Source: Flavobacteriales bacterium (GTDB lineage Bacteria > Bacteroidota > Bacteroidia > Flavobacteriales > UBA7312). From it: a stretch of DNA of 64,000 bases. The translations under genes and the position numbers were made by a program. The stretch spans positions 3,572 through 67,571 of the forward strand of contig JADHMQ010000010.1 in NCBI GenBank assembly GCA_016779935.1. Reading direction: 5' to 3'. This document shows positions 27,638 to 38,436 of this stretch, piece after piece (position 1 is the stretch's first letter; each line of letters begins with the position of its first letter). The notes below the pieces were generated by a model, which saw only the letters and a program-made list of their open reading frames with translations, was not told where the DNA came from and ran no database searches.

Positions 27638-29350
27638 TTAACGATTTAACTGAGCCTTTATAAAGTCTGCCAATTCGTTCACATAGTCTTGAGAGAAATT
27701 AAACTCAATTCCTGCCGTTTGATATATCTCACCGATAGACTTGGTATAGCCTAGTCTTAAAGCTTCGTCATATTTATTTAAAGCTTCTTTACCCAATTGC
27801 TTATAGCTTCTCCACATTGCAATAGCTCCTAATTGAGCCATCCCATATTCTATGTAGTAAAACGGCACTTCGTATAAATGCAATTGCTTTTGCCATAGAT
27901 TCAATAAAGCCTCTTCTTGCCCGTCCCAATCAACGATTGAACTGCCCAATTTTTGCATAATATTTTTCCACTCCGTTTTTCTTTCCTCAGCAGTATGAGG
28001 TGTGGTATATATCCAGTGCTGAAATTTATCTATGGCAGCTATCCAAGGCAAACCCTCTAATACTTTTTGCATTTGTTCGGTCTTTGCACGTTCTAGCTCA
28101 TCCGTATTAGAATAGAATTCATCCCATGTATCCATGCTTATTAACTCCATAGACATAGAAGCCAATTCAGCAACTTCTGAAGGTGTACTTTTGAAATCGC
28201 ATAAATCCAAATCTCTACTCAAGAAAGAGTGTACAGCGTGTCCGCCCTCGTGCACCATAGTCACTAAGTCGCGTTGAGAACCAACTGCATTCATATAAAT
28301 AAACGGCACGCCAATTTCATATAATGGGTAGTTGAAACCACCAGGTGCTTTACCTTCTTTAGAAACTAAGTCGAGGTGCTTCATTGCCTTCATAGTACTC
28401 AAGCATTGTCCATAATACGGACTAAGTCGCTCAAAACAACGTATAGATTTATCAATTAAATCCTCACCGTCTTCGAATGGTTTTAAAGGGGCATTCCCTT
28501 CAGCATCTACAGCAGTATCCCAAGGCTTATAGGCCTCTAACTTCATTTTGTTTTTTCTGTCCACATCAAAGGATTCAATGATGGGCACAATTTCTTTTTC
28601 TATGGCAGCATGAAAATCGGCACAATCTTCGGGAGTATAATCGAATCTTCCCATAGCTGCAAACATATAATCGCGGTAATTATCAAATCCAGAATTTTTG
28701 GCAATCTTTTGCCTCAAAGCAATTAAGTCATCAAATAGCAGGTCCAATTTTTCAACATCCTCCGCACGTCTTTGGCTCATCTTTTCATAGGCATCTTGAC
28801 GTTTGCTTCTATCAGTATCTTTCAAGAACTGAGCTGCTTTTTGCATAGTCATTTTTTCGCCATCAATCTCCACAGTCATTTTAGCTGAAATAGCACCATA
28901 CTCCTGTTGCTTAGTTTCCATTTCAGTAAATAGTGGTATATTTTCTTCTCTAAAAATCTCAATGGACTTGTGCAGCCCCCTAAGGTAAATACGATATTTC
29001 TCTTGGTCTAACTCCTTAATAAATGGGCTCTCGGTTACTTTTAAGTTTAACTGGTGAGTGAATGGGGCTACCTTAGGCGATATTTCTGTAACCCAAAAGT
29101 GAAAGGTTTTTGAAAGCTCTTCGTCTCTGGTATCAATATTCATTTTGATGTATCGCCAAGCTTGCTCCTCTTCTAATACAGATTCTAACTCACTACGATT
29201 AAGCATCCATTGTTCTAAGTCTGCCACAGACTGAATGTTAGCATCAAGCAAACTTTGAAAGTAATTTTCTATTTGTGACCACGACTTTACTTCTAAGTTT
29301 TCGTCTATAAAATGTCGCTTTGGTCGTTTAGGGATATCTGCTGTAAGCAT
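27638..29350 (-). CDS. pepF: M3-family oligoendopeptidase F
   Basis: 570 aa with the zinc motif VHEGGHAVH. A strong terminator follows at 27589-27613. Confidence 0.9.
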   Translation of the reverse strand: MLTADIPKRPKRHFIDENLEVKSWSQIENYFQSLLDANIQSVADLEQWMLNRSELESVLEEEQAWRYIKMNIDTRDEELSKTFHFWVTEISPKVAPFTHQLNLKVTESPFIKELDQEKYRIYLRGLHKSIEIFREENIPLFTEMETKQQEYGAISAKMTVEIDGEKMTMQKAAQFLKDTDRSKRQDAYEKMSQRRAEDVEKLDLLFDDLIALRQKIAKNSGFDNYRDYMFAAMGRFDYTPEDCADFHAAIEKEIVPIIESFDVDRKNKMKLEAYKPWDTAVDAEGNAPLKPFEDGEDLIDKSIRCFERLSPYYGQCLSTMKAMKHLDLVSKEGKAPGGFNYPLYEIGVPFIYMNAVGSQRDLVTMVHEGGHAVHSFLSRDLDLCDFKSTPSEVAELASMSMELISMDTWDEFYSNTDELERAKTEQMQKVLEGLPWIAAIDKFQHWIYTTPHTAEERKTEWKNIMQKLGSSIVDWDGQEEALLNLWQKQLHLYEVPFYYIEYGMAQLGAIAMWRSYKQLGKEALNKYDEALRLGYTKSIGEIYQTAGIEFNFSQDYVNELADFIKAQLNR

Positions 29351-29355
29351 AATTT

Positions 29356-29784
29356 TTAGTTTTTTTCTTCGGTTTTTTCTTTCACTTTTTTAGTGGCTTT
29401 AGGCACTTCGATAAATCCATTTTCTTGCAAAATGTTGTACCACTGTGCTAACTTTTTAATGTCGGAATGGTACACTTGATCTTCATCAAATTCTGGCAAA
29501 ACCTCACGCATCCAACTAAACATTTCATCTTTTGAAGATTTGTGATTAATGCATTGCCCTCCATTTTCTTTTTTGGCAATAGCATCGAAAATATCGGCTA
29601 ACGGTGTAGTGTCAGAATAGGTGTAAATGCCAATATCTTCTAATGCACTTACCTGATGAGAAGCGTATAATGGCATACGTTTTTTATCAACGATACCTTC
29701 AACAACAATGGTATTTTTAGCTTGACTAACTAGCTTATACAAACCAGGCTTTCCTGAAATAGATAGTATTCCTTCTAGATTCAT
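29356..29784 (-). CDS. Conserved hypothetical protein (DUF5606-like, from memory)
   Basis: 142 aa starting MNLEGILSISGKPGLYKLVSQ, with a Lys/Glu-rich tail. It lies 5 nt upstream of pepF on the same strand. Confidence 0.55.
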   Translation of the reverse strand: MNLEGILSISGKPGLYKLVSQAKNTIVVEGIVDKKRMPLYASHQVSALEDIGIYTYSDTTPLADIFDAIAKKENGGQCINHKSSKDEMFSWMREVLPEFDEDQVYHSDIKKLAQWYNILQENGFIEVPKATKKVKEKTEEKN

Positions 29785-29848
29785 TTTTAAAAATTTTAGA
29801 AGTGCAAAACTACAATTTTGAAACTAAGAATAGGAAATATATTGAAAA

Positions 29849-30310
29849 TTAATACGAAGATTCTATAGTGCTAAAAGACGGGATATCTTCAAGAAAAGTA
29901 AAGCTATTACTGTCATAGTTCATCTGACAGCAGTAATGCTTTAGGCCATTGGTAACAAGTAAAAAAGGCACTTTTAACTCAAAATTATAGCGTGCAATTT
30001 GCTCAAATACACTCTGATTAATCTTTACTGTCGATGCCTTACATTCTACCAATAAAATGGCTTTACCATTACGGTCATAACAAATAATATCGGCACGTTT
30101 GTTCATGCGATTGTAAGTCAATCCTTGCTCAACAGTAATCCAAGCAGGAGAAAATTGCTTGTCATAAATAAGGTGGTGCACCATATTCTGACGCACCCAC
30201 TCTTCAGGGGTAAGTTTGACGTATTTTTTTCTAATAACATCAAAAATATGTGTGATTCCTTCAATACTTTTAAGATTGAAGTCGTATTTTGGCAAACTCA
30301 AATCAGACAT
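29849..30310 (-). CDS. HsdR N-terminal-like (PD-(D/E)xK nuclease fold) stand-alone protein
   Basis: ADIICYDRNGKAILLVECKAS is a D...E-x-K nuclease motif, and the ~150-aa length fits. ATG 30310 (MSDLSLPKYDF) is preferred over the ORF-track start 30343. Confidence 0.7.
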   Translation of the reverse strand: MSDLSLPKYDFNLKSIEGITHIFDVIRKKYVKLTPEEWVRQNMVHHLIYDKQFSPAWITVEQGLTYNRMNKRADIICYDRNGKAILLVECKASTVKINQSVFEQIARYNFELKVPFLLVTNGLKHYCCQMNYDSNSFTFLEDIPSFSTIESSY

Positions 30311-30326
30311 CATAAGAAGCAAAGAA

Positions 30327-31325
30327 ATGAAATTTGAACACATCCTTTCAGATTTAGAGGCAAAAAAATACAGTCCAGTGTACTTTTTGATGGGAGAAGA
30401 AAGTTTCTTTATTGATAAACTATCTGATTTTATTGGTCAAAATGTGTTGGATGAGACTGAAAAAGATTTTAACCAATCGGTTATCTACGGCAAAGAATGC
30501 AGTATTGAAAGTGTATTGAGCAAAGCTAAACAGTTCCCCCTAATGGGCGATAAAGTTGTGGTAATTGTTAAAGAAGCTCAGCATCTTAAAAAAATTGAAC
30601 AACTGCAAAGCTATATCGAAAACCCTCAGCAGTCTACTATTCTAGTCATTTGCTATAAAAATAAGGTGTTAGACAAACGCAAAAGCTTTGCCAAAGCAGT
30701 AGCAAAAAATGCTGTTCTATTTGAAAGTAAAAAACTTTACGACAACCAAATTCCTGAATGGATAAGCAATTTTGTGAAGAGCAAAAACTACCAAATTCAG
30801 CACAAAGCGGCTTATTTGCTAGGGGAATATTTGGGTAACGACCTAAACAAAATCACTAATGAGCTAAATAAACTCATGATTATTGTTCCAGAAAATTCAG
30901 AAATTAGCTCAGACGTTATTGAACGAAACATTGGAATTAGTAAAGACTTTAACAACTTTGAACTTACCAACGCTTTAGGTCAAAAAGACATTTTAAAGTC
31001 CAACAGAATTGCCTCCTATTTTGCCAATAATCCAAAATCAAATCCTCTTGTAGTTACTTTAGGCGTTTTATTCAGTTTTTTCCAAAAAGTACTGCTTTAC
31101 CATGTACTTACGGATAAATCTCAACGTAATGTTGCTACAGAACTAAAAATCAATCCCTATTTTGTAAAAGACTATCAACTGGCTTCCAAACACTATGGAA
31201 AGCGTAAGTGTATGACCATTATCTCATTACTGAGGGAATACGACATGAAATGTAAAGGGGTTGACAATGCCACCACTCCTGATGGTGAACTTCTTAAAGA
31301 ATTACTTTATAAAATTCTGCATTAA
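30327..31325 (+). CDS. holA: DNA polymerase III delta subunit
   Basis: MKFEHILSDLEAKKYSPVYFLMGEESFFIDK is a typical HolA N-terminus, and the protein is ~333 aa. The ORF-track start 30216 is the TTG of a TAAGTTTG box inside the divergent gene. Confidence 0.85.
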   Translation: MKFEHILSDLEAKKYSPVYFLMGEESFFIDKLSDFIGQNVLDETEKDFNQSVIYGKECSIESVLSKAKQFPLMGDKVVVIVKEAQHLKKIEQLQSYIENPQQSTILVICYKNKVLDKRKSFAKAVAKNAVLFESKKLYDNQIPEWISNFVKSKNYQIQHKAAYLLGEYLGNDLNKITNELNKLMIIVPENSEISSDVIERNIGISKDFNNFELTNALGQKDILKSNRIASYFANNPKSNPLVVTLGVLFSFFQKVLLYHVLTDKSQRNVATELKINPYFVKDYQLASKHYGKRKCMTIISLLREYDMKCKGVDNATTPDGELLKELLYKILH

Positions 31326-31355
31326 ATACAGTAACTTTGGACCTTTAAACTTTGA

Positions 31356-33605
31356 ATGAAGAAATTAAACACCCTCATATTTTTTATTTTCATTAGCGTC
31401 GGACTTTTTGCTCAAAAAGGCGACATACGTGGTTTTGTTTACGATAAAGATAATGGAGAGCCCATCATGTTCTGTAATGTCATTGTTGAAGGCTTGGCAA
31501 TAGGTACAGCTACAGACGTTAATGGATTTTTCAATATTAGTGGTGTGCCGGCAGGAAATCAAACCTTGTTGGTAACCTACATAGGTTATGATACGCTAAG
31601 ACAAAGCCTAACTTTAAAAAATAAACAGATACTCAATCAGAAACTGGAAATTTCTTCTTCCTCTGTTCAGATTGAAACCGTTACAGTTTCGGCAGACAGA
31701 CAAGAGATGAAATCCGAAGTAAAAGTATCTGTAACAAAAATTACACCTAAAGACATAAAAATTATTCCGGCAATTGGTGGTGAGCCTGACCTCGCCCAAT
31801 ACCTGCAAGTTTTACCTGGCGTAGTCTTCACTGGCGACCAAGGTGGACAACTGTATATTAGAGGAGGGTCGCCCATTCAAAATAAAGTATTGCTAGATGG
31901 AATGATTGTGTACAATCCCTTCCACTCTATTGGTTTATTCTCTGTTTTTGATACAGACATTATGAGAAATGCCGATATTTATACCGGTGGTTTTGGCGCT
32001 CAATATGGTGGTCGTATTTCATCCATCATGGACATCACCACAAGGGATGGCAACAAAAATAGACTGAGTGGAAAAGTAGCTACAAGCTCTTTTGGCAGTA
32101 AGCTAATGCTGGAAGGGCCTTTATTCAAAAAAGGGGGGAACTCTTCCTTCATTATGTCGGCTAAGACTTCTTATCTCGACAGGAGTTCCAAAACACTTTA
32201 TACATATATTGATACGGCGGGTTTACCTTATAGCTACACAGACCTCTACGGTAAAATATCCTTTACAGGAAATAGCGGAAGCAAATGGAGCATGTTTGGC
32301 TATAACTACCAAGATAAAGTAAGTTATAGAGATGTATCTAACTTAGGTTGGAAATCTGGCGGTGTAGGGAGTAACTTCATATTAATTCCAAGCGGCAACT
32401 CTACAATTATTGAAGGTACATTTGCCTATTCATCATACCTTATCAAGCTTGAAGAAGCACTCCTTCAGCCAAGGCAAAGTGGGGTTAACGGCTTTAATTT
32501 AGGGCTTAATTTTACCTCCTTCCAAAACGAAAATGAAGTCCAGTACGGCTTAGAAATTTTGGGATATCAAACCGATTTTGACTTTACTAATGCTACCGGC
32601 ATTCAAATTGAACAAAAAGAAAATTCCACAGAACTTTCTGGATTTATAAGATACAAAATCAAAAAAGGAAAATTCATTTTTGACCCAGGTGTACGAATCT
32701 ACAAATACAATTCTCTTCGTGCTACTTTTGAACCTAGACTAGGCGCCAAGTTTTTGGCAAGTGAAAAACTTCGACTAAAACTAGCAACTGGAAAATATTC
32801 TCAAAACCTAGTCAGTACGAATTCCGACCAAGACGTTGTGAATCTATTCTATGGGTTTTTATCCGCTCCAGACAATTTACCGGATGAATTTAGAGGCGAA
32901 GAGGTAGTAAATGGTCTGCAAATGGCAAACCACCTTATCGTTGGTATGGAATACGACATTTCTAATAAAATAGACTTTAATATAGAGGGTTATGTCAAAG
33001 ACTTTACACAACTAACGAACATCAATAAGAATAAATTAACCGCATCAGATCCAGACTTTATTGTTGAAGAAGGACGTGCTAAAGGGGTTGACTTTGTGCT
33101 TAAATACAATGACCCAAAAATTTACTTTTGGCTAGTCTATTCGCTAGGTCATATTAGCAGGACTGGAGAGGAAATTACCTATAACCCACACTTTGATAGA
33201 CGTCATAATGTAAACCTTGTGAGTACGTATCGATTTGGCACCGACAAGAGTTGGAGTTTTGATGCACGTTGGAACCTTGGTTCTGGTTTCCCATTCACAC
33301 AAACACAAGGCTTTTATCCTAATCTAGATTTTTCTGATGGTATAGACACTGACTATACCTCTGAAACCGGAGGACTTGGTATTTTGTACGCCGGACTAAA
33401 CGAAGGGCGTTTACCTTGGTACCACCGATTAGATATTGCCCTTAAAAAGACACACGACCTTAGTAAAAATTCAAACTTTGAATGGAACGTTGGAGTTACC
33501 AACCTTTACAATAGAGAGAATATTTTTTACTTCAACAGAATAGAATATAAGAGGGTAAACCAACTGCCTATTATGCCTAGCGCAGGCATGAGTTTAAGTT
33601 TTTAA
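31356..33605 (+). CDS. TonB-dependent receptor (CarboxypepD_reg-like N-terminal domain, plug, barrel)
   Basis: Signal peptide, then GDIRGFVYDKDNGEPI...VNGFFNISGVPAG.QTLLVTYIGYD, a plug region LQVLPGV and a C-terminal barrel ending in ...MSLSF (terminal aromatic residue). Confidence 0.88.
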   Translation: MKKLNTLIFFIFISVGLFAQKGDIRGFVYDKDNGEPIMFCNVIVEGLAIGTATDVNGFFNISGVPAGNQTLLVTYIGYDTLRQSLTLKNKQILNQKLEISSSSVQIETVTVSADRQEMKSEVKVSVTKITPKDIKIIPAIGGEPDLAQYLQVLPGVVFTGDQGGQLYIRGGSPIQNKVLLDGMIVYNPFHSIGLFSVFDTDIMRNADIYTGGFGAQYGGRISSIMDITTRDGNKNRLSGKVATSSFGSKLMLEGPLFKKGGNSSFIMSAKTSYLDRSSKTLYTYIDTAGLPYSYTDLYGKISFTGNSGSKWSMFGYNYQDKVSYRDVSNLGWKSGGVGSNFILIPSGNSTIIEGTFAYSSYLIKLEEALLQPRQSGVNGFNLGLNFTSFQNENEVQYGLEILGYQTDFDFTNATGIQIEQKENSTELSGFIRYKIKKGKFIFDPGVRIYKYNSLRATFEPRLGAKFLASEKLRLKLATGKYSQNLVSTNSDQDVVNLFYGFLSAPDNLPDEFRGEEVVNGLQMANHLIVGMEYDISNKIDFNIEGYVKDFTQLTNINKNKLTASDPDFIVEEGRAKGVDFVLKYNDPKIYFWLVYSLGHISRTGEEITYNPHFDRRHNVNLVSTYRFGTDKSWSFDARWNLGSGFPFTQTQGFYPNLDFSDGIDTDYTSETGGLGILYAGLNEGRLPWYHRLDIALKKTHDLSKNSNFEWNVGVTNLYNRENIFYFNRIEYKRVNQLPIMPSAGMSLSF

Positions 33606-33668
33606 AAAAAATATATCTTCAATTTATTTCTTCTTATATTTTACTTTATTTTGCAGACGATAAATTAA

Positions 33669-35315
<1,647 letters not shown>

Positions 35316-35320
35316 TTCAC

Positions 35321-37132
35321 ATGGACAAAAATTCCTTAACAGGTGTTATCCTAATCGTTCTAATTGTAGTTGGCTACAATGCTATGTTTCCTCCAGTTGT
35401 AGAAACAGAAACACCAAAAGAAGAAAATAATACGACAGTAGTTCTTGAAGCAAAAGAGAAAGTTATTGAACAAAATTCCACTACACTTTCTTTGGATACT
35501 GTATTGGTAAATGAAGCATATGAAAGAAGCTTTGGCGTATTTGCCCCTTCTGCTTCGGGCTCTGAAGAGGCTATAATTATTGAAAATGAGAAGTTATCAT
35601 TAAGCATTTCTCCAAAAGGTGGACGAATAATTTCAGCAATCCTAAAAGAGTATCAAACTTCCGATTCCTTACCACTAAACCTTATTGACAAGGATTCATC
35701 TGCATTCAACATTACATTTTTCTCTGAAGGAAATAGAATCATTAATACTGAGGACCTTTATTTTCAAGCTAGTAATCAATCTGACCAATCGGTTTCAATG
35801 CGATTAATGGCATCCAATGGTGGCTATCTCGAATACGTCTATAATTTGAGCAATGACGATTTCATGATGGACTTCCAAATCAATACGGTTGGCTTGGAAG
35901 ATATTATTCCTTCAAACAGAAATGAACTCGAACTAAACTGGACCATCAACCTTCCACATACTGAAAAGAGTATGGAAAACGAAAGGATGTATTCAACGGT
36001 TTATTACAAGTACCTCAACGATGATGTTGACTACTTATCTGAAACAAAAGACGATGAAGAAACTTTAGACGGTAGAGCGCAATGGATTGGTCTAAAGCAC
36101 CAGTTTTTCAGCACTGTATTTATAAATAATGCGGGTTTTGAAAAACCCACTTCAGTAAGTGCTGTTACCAACGAAGGCTCTCAAAGGTTTGTTAGAGAAC
36201 TATCCTTAGAAACTACTCTACCATACAAGCATGAATCTAGAGAAAGTATTCCCTTGCAAATTTATTTTGGACCTAACCACTACGAAACACTTTCGGCCTA
36301 TAATATGGAGCTTGAGCGAATGATTCCTCTTGGATGGGGAATATTTAGATGGGTAAACAAATACGCTGTTATTCCTATTTTCAACTGGTTAGATAACAGT
36401 ATTACAAACTACGGTATCATTATTCTAATAATGACCATAATAATTAAAATGGTGCTTGCACCATTTACTCTCAAAGCCTACAAATCACAGGCTAAGATGA
36501 AAGTCTTAAAACCTGAGATTGATAAAATTAATGAGAAGCACAAGGACAAAGATCCTATGAAGGCTCAACAGGAAACTATGGCTTTGTACAAAAAGACAGG
36601 GGTAAACCCATTAGGTGGATGTATTCCAATGTTATTGCAAATGCCGATCCTCTTTGCCTTATTTAGGTTCTTCCCTGCTAGTATAGAATTACGTCAAAAA
36701 TCATTCTTATGGGCAGATGACTTATCGAGTTATGATTCTGTATTAAGCCTACCGTTTGAAATACCGTTTTACGGTGATCACGTGAGTTTATTCACCTTAT
36801 TGATGACCGTTTCAACCATTCTCTATACTCGAATGAATAGCCAGATGAGTGGCCCTCAAATGGCACAAATGAAATGGATGATGTACTTGATGCCAATCAT
36901 GTTCTTAGGCTTCTTCAATAACTATGCTGCCGGATTAAGCTACTATTACTTCCTAGCTAATATGGTGACATTCGGACAACAATTTGTAATGAGAAAATAC
37001 TTCATTGACGAAGCGGCTATTCTTACACAAATGGAAAACAATAAGAAGAAACCTGTTAAGAAGTCAAAATTTCAGAAGCGTTTGGAAGATATGGCGAAGA
37101 AGCAACAAGAAGCTGCTTCAAAAAGAAAGTAA
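35321..37132 (+). CDS. yidC: Membrane protein insertase YidC
   Basis: 603 aa with a large periplasmic domain. The C-terminal 60-kDa insertase core carries GVNPLGGCIPMLLQMPILFALF. Confidence 0.93.
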   Translation: MDKNSLTGVILIVLIVVGYNAMFPPVVETETPKEENNTTVVLEAKEKVIEQNSTTLSLDTVLVNEAYERSFGVFAPSASGSEEAIIIENEKLSLSISPKGGRIISAILKEYQTSDSLPLNLIDKDSSAFNITFFSEGNRIINTEDLYFQASNQSDQSVSMRLMASNGGYLEYVYNLSNDDFMMDFQINTVGLEDIIPSNRNELELNWTINLPHTEKSMENERMYSTVYYKYLNDDVDYLSETKDDEETLDGRAQWIGLKHQFFSTVFINNAGFEKPTSVSAVTNEGSQRFVRELSLETTLPYKHESRESIPLQIYFGPNHYETLSAYNMELERMIPLGWGIFRWVNKYAVIPIFNWLDNSITNYGIIILIMTIIIKMVLAPFTLKAYKSQAKMKVLKPEIDKINEKHKDKDPMKAQQETMALYKKTGVNPLGGCIPMLLQMPILFALFRFFPASIELRQKSFLWADDLSSYDSVLSLPFEIPFYGDHVSLFTLLMTVSTILYTRMNSQMSGPQMAQMKWMMYLMPIMFLGFFNNYAAGLSYYYFLANMVTFGQQFVMRKYFIDEAAILTQMENNKKKPVKKSKFQKRLEDMAKKQQEAASKRK

Positions 37133-37861
37133 TTAGGGCATTAGCTCAAAAAATAACTGCATCGACTTTCTTTTATCATCAGTAAGATGGTAGTTTATTA
37201 TCTCTTTCAGATATTTTCTTTTATCAATAGTAGTATCAAACAAATGGCTTTTACTTTCAATAGCCACATCTAAATTATCAATTCCATATTCTAAGGCTTT
37301 GCAAAAAGCCAATTCTTTTTTCACATCTAATGGAGTATTGCTCACCCAACAGGCAAATACAAATGGTAAAGAGGTGTGCTTTTTCCACTCTTCAGAAAGG
37401 TCATAAATATAATCGAAAGAGCCCCTATATGCATTGGCTCTATCCCCAATAATAACTCCTGCTGTTCGACCTTCTATGTTTTCTTCAAAAGAGTCTTTAC
37501 CATCAATGAATTTAGGCTTGATATTCCAAAATTTTTGACACAGTATTTGTACTAAAGCATTTGAGGTTTTAGAATGGTAATCCAAATAAATAGTCTCAAT
37601 TTCTTCCAAAGGACACTCACTAAACAAACATACCGTCTGCACAGCACCATCAGAAGAAATACAAAATGGACTAATAATTTTTGAATAGTCTAATTGTGGA
37701 ATTATTGCCACTGGCACTAGAGCTACATCCACTTCCATATTCAATAGCTGAGATGCACAATCCGAAGGGATGGCAGTAGAAATTTCTATTTCTAACTGAC
37801 TATTTTCCAAGCCAAAAACAAATGGAATACTATTAAGATATGATACCGAACAAACTTTCAA
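37133..37861 (-). CDS. mqnA: Menaquinone (futalosine pathway) MqnA/MqnD-family protein, probable chorismate dehydratase
   Basis: MKVCSVSYLNSIPFVFGL is an MqnA-like N-terminus. The protein is 242 aa with a periplasmic-binding-protein-like fold pattern. Confidence 0.75.
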   Translation of the reverse strand: MKVCSVSYLNSIPFVFGLENSQLEIEISTAIPSDCASQLLNMEVDVALVPVAIIPQLDYSKIISPFCISSDGAVQTVCLFSECPLEEIETIYLDYHSKTSNALVQILCQKFWNIKPKFIDGKDSFEENIEGRTAGVIIGDRANAYRGSFDYIYDLSEEWKKHTSLPFVFACWVSNTPLDVKKELAFCKALEYGIDNLDVAIESKSHLFDTTIDKRKYLKEIINYHLTDDKRKSMQLFFELMP

Positions 37862-38345
37862 AGTAGGGAGTTATGATTAAACAAAATTCATATATGAGGT
37901 ATCCACAAACGACAAGCTTAAGCACTAAACCGCCTATAAAACCTATTAAAGCTCCTGAAGCTATCTTCAAGACTCTCATCATATCTTCTTTCTCATCCAA
38001 ATAAGCACCGATAAAAGCTCCTGCAAATGGACCAATTATAAACCCAAATGGTATCGGAGCAAACAGACCTACAAACAGACCAATCATGGTACCATTGATG
38101 GCTTTTTTAGTGCCTCCAAATTTTTTAACTCCATAGACTTGAAGCCAAAAGTCAGCTACAGTTACGGCAATGACTATTCCTGCCCATTGAACTAATACCG
38201 AATCTTCAAATTTATAGTCCGTGAATATTGAAAGGATTAGCAATGCCGCATAAGCCAAGGGGGGTCCAGGAATAACCGGCACAAAACAACCCAATAATCC
38301 TAATGCTAAAAGAACAACACAAATAATAATGATTAATGAAGCCAT
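37833..38345 (-). CDS. DUF456-like small membrane protein
   Basis: 170 aa with 4-5 TM helices and VPVIPGPPLAYA near the N-terminus. It overlaps the mqnA start by 29 nt. Confidence 0.6.
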   Translation of the reverse strand: MASLIIIICVVLLALGLLGCFVPVIPGPPLAYAALLILSIFTDYKFEDSVLVQWAGIVIAVTVADFWLQVYGVKKFGGTKKAINGTMIGLFVGLFAPIPFGFIIGPFAGAFIGAYLDEKEDMMRVLKIASGALIGFIGGLVLKLVVCGYLIYEFCLIITPYFESLFGIIS

Positions 38346-38436
38346 GGTGCAAAAATATTAAAGGTTTTTTGATTAAAGTTTTTTAAGTCCGTAATTATTT
38401 CATTAAACTTGTTGAATAAACATTAATTAAAAAAAA

